Origin: Candidatus Thorarchaeota archaeon
GTDB lineage: Archaea > Asgardarchaeota > Thorarchaeia > Thorarchaeales > Thorarchaeaceae
Direction of reading: 5' to 3'
Length of the DNA stretch: 64,000 nucleotides
NCBI GenBank assembly: GCA_046482545.1
Contig: JAWOEX010000021.1
Location: forward strand, 96,001 to 160,000
Shown here: positions 59,162 through 64,000 of the stretch, in pieces
How positions within the stretch are numbered: the stretch's first letter is position 1
Layout: each line of letters starts with the position of its first letter
Made by a program: the position numbers and the translations under genes
Notes under the pieces: model-generated
Told to the model about the DNA's origin: nothing
What the model saw: only the letters and a program-made list of their open reading frames with translations
Database searches by the model: none

Positions 59162-59369
59162 TTTGTTACAGGAACTAGTTTTCCTGGTAAGTGAAGGGTC
59201 TTTCGGGAGGCCCAAACATTCCCTAGAAGGTTTGTTCGCGAAACTTGACCGTAAATAAAAAGCGGTGGTAACCATTGCTTTCTTTTTGAATAGCGGCTAG
59301 TCCGTATTCCACAAGCATTATACCTACTCACCCCTTCGCAAAAGTGTGGTCTTCTACGGAGAAAAGAAA

Positions 59370-60542
59370 ATGTTCGAAAAAGAAGGTCTGAACGCAAAGG
59401 AGGTGTTCGAGGAACTTAATCGGATACTTGAAGAGGACACAGAATATGAGTCTGGAAGACCTGTTGCTTCAATGTCGTCAATTCCCTATCAGATATCCTC
59501 CGATATCATGGCTGAGCATATGGAACGGAATCTAGGCCGAAAGCACACATTTCATGGATCAGCCAAAATCGAGAAAGAAGTAATTGAAATGATCGGCGAC
59601 TTAGTTCGTGTTGAGAATGCATGCGGGACAACGACATCAGGAGGCACTGAGTCGAATATCCTCGCAATGGTTGCCGCCAGAGAGATCGGAGACACTAACG
59701 AACCAGAAATCATCACTCCGGAAACAATACACTCCTCGGTAGAGAAGGCTGCATGGCTTCTAGGTGTGAAACTCGTCAAGACTCCAGTTGATTCCCAGTA
59801 CAGAGCAATACCAGACGAAATTGAAAAAGCTATCAATGATAATACGGTTGGCATATTCCTTACCGCGGGAACAACTTACGTTGGCCAGATAGATCCAATT
59901 GACCGTATTGGAAAAATAGCATCCGATGAATCTCTCCCGCTACATGTTGATGCGGCATTTGGGGGTTTTGTAATTCCATTTTTGCAGGAGTTGAATCTTG
60001 GAAACTATCCGTTTAGTTTTGAAGTTCCCGGTGTGACTAGCGTCAGCGTTGACCCTCACAAAACCGGTTTGGCACCAATCCCATCTGGTTCTCTTTTGTT
60101 CCGAAAAAAAGAACATCTCAGCGCTATAACGAGAGAAGTACCCTATATTCCGTTCGATTGTCAAATTCCTACCTTGCTAGGTACACGGCCAGCTGCCCCT
60201 GTAATCGCAACATGGGCAATAATGAAGCATCTTGGCAGAGAAGGATACCAATCCATAGTGGAGGATTGTATGTCTGTAACACGGCTCGCACAAAAGAAGA
60301 CACAGGAAAACCCACATCTACAGTGTGCCATTGAACCCATCTTGAATATCCTCGGAATCATAAGCAATGACATAAGCATCGACAAAATCGTCACAGAAAT
60401 GGAGAAACGAGGATGGATGATGGGCAATTGTCCCCTGCCCGTTAGTTTTCGGATAGTTATCGTCCCTCATGTAACTGAGGACGTAGTAAACACCTTTTTT
60501 GATGATTTGGACGAAATTGCCAGCTCTCTTGGAACACATTGA
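59370..60542 (+). CDS. mfnA: L-tyrosine/L-aspartate decarboxylase
   Basis: TSGGTESN, HVDAAFGG, VDPHK, LLGTRP, RIV.VPH. Confidence 0.88.
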   Translation: MFEKEGLNAKEVFEELNRILEEDTEYESGRPVASMSSIPYQISSDIMAEHMERNLGRKHTFHGSAKIEKEVIEMIGDLVRVENACGTTTSGGTESNILAMVAAREIGDTNEPEIITPETIHSSVEKAAWLLGVKLVKTPVDSQYRAIPDEIEKAINDNTVGIFLTAGTTYVGQIDPIDRIGKIASDESLPLHVDAAFGGFVIPFLQELNLGNYPFSFEVPGVTSVSVDPHKTGLAPIPSGSLLFRKKEHLSAITREVPYIPFDCQIPTLLGTRPAAPVIATWAIMKHLGREGYQSIVEDCMSVTRLAQKKTQENPHLQCAIEPILNILGIISNDISIDKIVTEMEKRGWMMGNCPLPVSFRIVIVPHVTEDVVNTFFDDLDEIASSLGTH

Positions 60543-60543
60543 A

Positions 60544-60900
60544 TTACAAATCAACTTCGTGTTTCATTTCTTCAATCTCATCTTCAAGATCACGCACTCG
60601 ATCAGACAGCTCAAGGATTTGGTTCAATAGAACAGAAATTATGTAACCGTAATTAGCAGTATAGCCTTCTTCACGGCTGATAATCTTAGCCTCCTCCAAG
60701 CGCCGTGCAGCGTTTGTAATTGATTGCTTGGAAAGGTTTCGCTCCTTGAACCATTCGTTGACCTGATCGCGGACATCCATTGGAGCCAGAGGCTCTCCTT
60801 GGAGAGGGTCTAGAAGACTATAGAGAACCATCAATCCGGCGCTCATCCTTGGGTTCATTAACTTGGCAAATGCTAAATCGAGATCTGACCTCAATACCAT
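60544..60900 (-). CDS. Winged-helix + coiled-coil protein
   Basis: LSKQSITNAARRLEEAKII; heptad C-terminus. Confidence 0.65.
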   Translation of the reverse strand: MVLRSDLDLAFAKLMNPRMSAGLMVLYSLLDPLQGEPLAPMDVRDQVNEWFKERNLSKQSITNAARRLEEAKIISREEGYTANYGYIISVLLNQILELSDRVRDLEDEIEEMKHEVDL

Positions 60901-61103
60901 TCGCTTCCTTTAATATCTGAAATACTCATCCGAAGTAAACGCCAGACAAGTGAAAAAGCTTCCTCAAGCTAGGAGAAATCCTGCGAGAGACAAGGATTGA
61001 CAATTAGCGATACCAAAACGTTTACGCTGGGTATCATAAACGGTGTTTCGAAACAGAAAGGTGAAAAGCCACAAGTTTTTACTCCATCAGAGAGATTCCC
61101 GTC

Positions 61104-61787
61104 ATGACCACTGAACTTGACCGCATCCATTTCGTCGCTGTAATCCATGTTGACCAAGACAGCGTAGATGATGCTCGTCAAATTGTGAAACAGGTTGAGC
61201 CAGATGTTGTGGCTGTGGAACTTGATAAACATCGATACAATCAGTTGATGCAAGATGATGATGCCGTCCAAGAACCGCCGACCAATCAAATGAATGCAGC
61301 AGAGGGGTTCTTGAACCAGATAGCTCTTCTGGAAAGGAGCTTGGGACAACTGACGGGATCAGGCGCCGGAGAAGAGATGAAAGCAGCAATTGAAGAAGGA
61401 CGAAAAATAGATGCCAAGATAGCTCTTGTTGATAGGCCCCTTGGAGAGATTATGAACTCATTATCCAAAGTACCGCTGGATGAGATTTACCGTTTTGCCA
61501 GTATGGTACCGGACCTAGATAATCTTCAATTAAAACAGGGAGATTTCGATTTGCTTAGCTTCCTGAAGGAAGAAAGCACTATTCCAGAAATGATGGAGCA
61601 GTTTCGGACGGAATTCCCCGAATTGACAGAAGTCCTGATCGACGAGAGGGATGAATACGTAGCCGAGGCGCTAGAATTCATATTGAGGGATGTCGATGGT
61701 CAGGTTGTCGTAATTCTGGGAGCAGGACACATCAAGGGAGTAAAGGAGAAACTAGCCAAGATACTAGAGACGAACGCTGCAGCGTAA
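61104..61787 (+). CDS. TraB/PrgY family protein (soluble domain only)
   Basis: HV...S, PDVVAVELD..R, G.EM..A, LIDERD, GAGH. Confidence 0.88.
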   Translation: MTTELDRIHFVAVIHVDQDSVDDARQIVKQVEPDVVAVELDKHRYNQLMQDDDAVQEPPTNQMNAAEGFLNQIALLERSLGQLTGSGAGEEMKAAIEEGRKIDAKIALVDRPLGEIMNSLSKVPLDEIYRFASMVPDLDNLQLKQGDFDLLSFLKEESTIPEMMEQFRTEFPELTEVLIDERDEYVAEALEFILRDVDGQVVVILGAGHIKGVKEKLAKILETNAAA

Positions 61788-61788
61788 A

Positions 61789-62439
61789 TCACAGGTTTAG
61801 CGCCTCAATGACGTTTTGCACACCGTTGGCATTCTTTGCGCTCACCCGGAATACCGGAATGTTGGCATCGACCTCTCTGACATCCTCTACCAGTCCATCA
61901 ACATCAAAGCCAATGGCATCCGCAAGGTCAATTTTGTTTATTATAACCATGTCGGCCCGCTTGATTGTGAGGGGATGTTTCTGAATCATGTACGGACCTT
62001 CGGTGATGCTGACAACGACAATTTTCTTTTCAACACCAAGCGGATAGCCAGCAGGGCAGATGAGATTGCCTACGTTTTCGATGAAGACCACGTCATAGGT
62101 GGATAGGTCTACTTCCCTGAGAGCAACTCTGACCATTCTTGCATCAAGATGGCAGGCGGTTTCTGTGTTGATTTGGACTGTATCAATACCATGAGATGCA
62201 ACCCTGTTAGCATCAATTCGTGTTGCAAGATCTCCAGCAACCATCAAAATCCTATATTTCTCCGCAAGCTCGTCACACATTGCTTCGATAAGCTGGGTTT
62301 TTCCTGTGCCAACCGATCCCATGATGTCAAATGCTCGTACTCCATGCTCTTTGAAGGTCTTTGTATTGATTTGAGCTGCTTCTTCGTTCGCTCCGAACAA
62401 ATCTTTGCGAATGTCGATAGAAATCGTACGTTCTTTCAT
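61789..62439 (-). CDS. hypB: Hydrogenase nickel-insertion GTPase HypB
   Basis: GSVGTGKT, GDL, ACHLD, ENVGNLICP, TEG, NKID. Confidence 0.93.
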   Translation of the reverse strand: MKERTISIDIRKDLFGANEEAAQINTKTFKEHGVRAFDIMGSVGTGKTQLIEAMCDELAEKYRILMVAGDLATRIDANRVASHGIDTVQINTETACHLDARMVRVALREVDLSTYDVVFIENVGNLICPAGYPLGVEKKIVVVSITEGPYMIQKHPLTIKRADMVIINKIDLADAIGFDVDGLVEDVREVDANIPVFRVSAKNANGVQNVIEALNL

Positions 62440-63008
62440 GCTAGGCCATCTCCTGTTCCGGACAAATTGTTCTGCGTTTTAGCTTTTCTATAGATGTAAT
62501 TCTCGATAATCAAGCGGATACTTTTCTCAACAAACAAAGCCAAAGAAGCCCACAGGCCAGCCTGAAAACAGTCTATAAGGGCGACAATAATCGCCGCTTC
62601 CAAGCTTTCGGTGAAAAATGCAAAAATCGTAATGCTCGGCAGGAATCCTCCGATAAGTGCGCCACCCAAAATCACCATAATCCTATAGTGAACAGAATCC
62701 CTGTCGGAGTTAACATGAATTGCCCAACCAGTCCCAACACCAAGAAAGATGTTGCCAATCATAGGCAGAAGAAACGGTTCACCCCCAGCCATTGCACCAC
62801 CAACCCCCACAATTGCACCAACTAGCATACCCCCTGCCAAACCGCCAATGATACCACCCAACTCTGAAAACATGAAACCGGGAGTCAGTTCCAGAAGACC
62901 CGGTATAATGGGGATTCTCACAAGAAATCTAACACCTATGCCCATCGCTGCAACTATTGCCAAAGTGGTTACCAAAGGGGTATTTTGTGAAACTGAATTA
63001 GACGCCAT
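62436..63008 (-). CDS. ECF S-component-like membrane protein
   Basis: ~6 TM; IPI.PG, GG..GG..GG..VG glycine pattern. Confidence 0.55.
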   Translation of the reverse strand: MASNSVSQNTPLVTTLAIVAAMGIGVRFLVRIPIIPGLLELTPGFMFSELGGIIGGLAGGMLVGAIVGVGGAMAGGEPFLLPMIGNIFLGVGTGWAIHVNSDRDSVHYRIMVILGGALIGGFLPSITIFAFFTESLEAAIIVALIDCFQAGLWASLALFVEKSIRLIIENYIYRKAKTQNNLSGTGDGLA

Positions 63009-63014
63009 TTCGCT

Positions 63015-63398
63015 TTACTCTGAAATTTCAGGCCATTCGTTCAGCAAAAAGCTTCTGGTCTGCTCATACCAGTTATCCAGCTGCTTCAATATCTCGCGCT
63101 TCATAGCCTCTTCAGAAATCGCACGATACAGATAGTAGTAGCCGCCTCGTTCCAAGTGCTTCTCCTCACGTATTACAAGCCCCTTGTCGAGCAATTTCGT
63201 GAGCACCCTCTGAACAGTGCTTCTATCTCGTTCTATGCTCTCATCTGTGGCTAGCTCTTCGACTGTCTTCGGTCCAGTAAGCAAAGCGAAATATACATCG
63301 ATTTCGCTTTTTCGTAGACCAAACGCACAACAAAGGAAATCGGAAGGGCGCTCAAATGCTTCTGAGAAGAGTCCCTCAAGTGATTTGTTCAGAGGCAT
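63015..63398 (-). CDS. TrmB-like HTH regulator with Cys-Cys motif
   Basis: FLCCAFGL..SEIDVYF.LL, RDRSTVQR.L..L...GLV, GGY.Y.Y. Confidence 0.85.
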   Translation of the reverse strand: MPLNKSLEGLFSEAFERPSDFLCCAFGLRKSEIDVYFALLTGPKTVEELATDESIERDRSTVQRVLTKLLDKGLVIREEKHLERGGYYYLYRAISEEAMKREILKQLDNWYEQTRSFLLNEWPEISE

Positions 63399-63464
63399 AA
63401 CACGTAAATTGTACGGCGAGACAAAGATAAGGGTTGTGCAACAACAAGCACAGCCGCACCAGCT

Positions 63465-64000
63465 CATATAATACTGGACGGCAGAGAGAGACTTCTGTAA
63501 GACTTAACGCAAATCTTCGGACGTAAGAAGACGAGGGGAGTCTATTATATCCAGCATAATACTCTATTCTAGTAGGACTAGGCAAGTGGACTAGAGTGGT
63601 ATACATGACGCACGCGACCGAAAGCTGCAAGGAAGATATGTGCTTCCAACCAGAAGTCCTTACTCTCCATAGAGAGAACTTCATCGAGCTCTGGAGAGTC
63701 CGCGGCTGTTCACCTTATCTAAACGGACCTTCTCAGTTACGGTCACAAGGCTGAGATGGGTGATCATGACCACACCGTGGCAAAGACTATGGAAGAACTT
63801 GCTATTGCCGGAGTGATGACCCGGGATGACGACAAGAGGAGGAAGCCTGTACCGCGGAAGGAATCCCATTCCGATGAACGCGGACAAAGGCCTTGCTAAC
63901 GCAAGGGCCTACCGGTACCTTGAGGGCGGTTACGCTGGTAGGGGCAGGGTGGAACACAGAAGTTTCACGCAGCCGCAGAGACTGCAAAAAAAAAACAGGT
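63465..64000 (+). repeat. Dispersed repeat family, longest copy (B); candidate non-autonomous mobile element or structured RNA
   Basis: Covers the sequences of copies A, A' and C; no ORF spans it; ends in actgc-A10-caggt. Confidence 0.75.

Noticed and set aside
63830-63970. RNase P RNA or group II intron identity for repeat B
   Set aside because: Only short GAGGAAG and ACAGAAG words match; no P4 pairing or domain V, and multiple decayed copies are not expected for RNase P RNA
1-64000. CRISPR array, rRNA, intact transposase/integrase or defence system
   Set aside because: No regularly spaced repeats, rRNA signatures or such ORFs were found

Overview
This is a gene-dense archaeal chromosome segment. 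Its content points to an Asgard archaeon, most likely Thorarchaeia (inference): eS26, eL13, eIF5A, Nob1, class I LysRS, class I CCA enzyme, RtcB, and many eukaryotic-signature-like proteins. Most of the window is housekeeping (RNA processing, translation, inositol lipids, glnA, ABC/ECF transporters, a NikR-controlled NikMNQO system). Four things stand out. (1) A duplicated module at 30.6-35.7 kb encodes a roadblock-2xwHTH protein, a Bet3/TRAPP-like protein and a paralogous membrane protein, plus a third V4R protein; it is a candidate proto-TRAPP membrane-trafficking complex. (2) The window also holds a longin-Arf-like GTPase with a long acidic tail, a uDENN/longin-wHTH protein, a Rab-like GTPase, a SNAP/TPR-PCI protein and a long SNAP-like solenoid. 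(3) A dispersed ~530-nt repeat with no intact ORF and conserved hairpins occurs as four whole or partial copies at 55.8-64 kb, in a decaying zone around tRNA-His. (4) That tRNA-His carries a non-canonical 28-nt D-loop intron. All calls come from motif recognition by eye; no searches were run.
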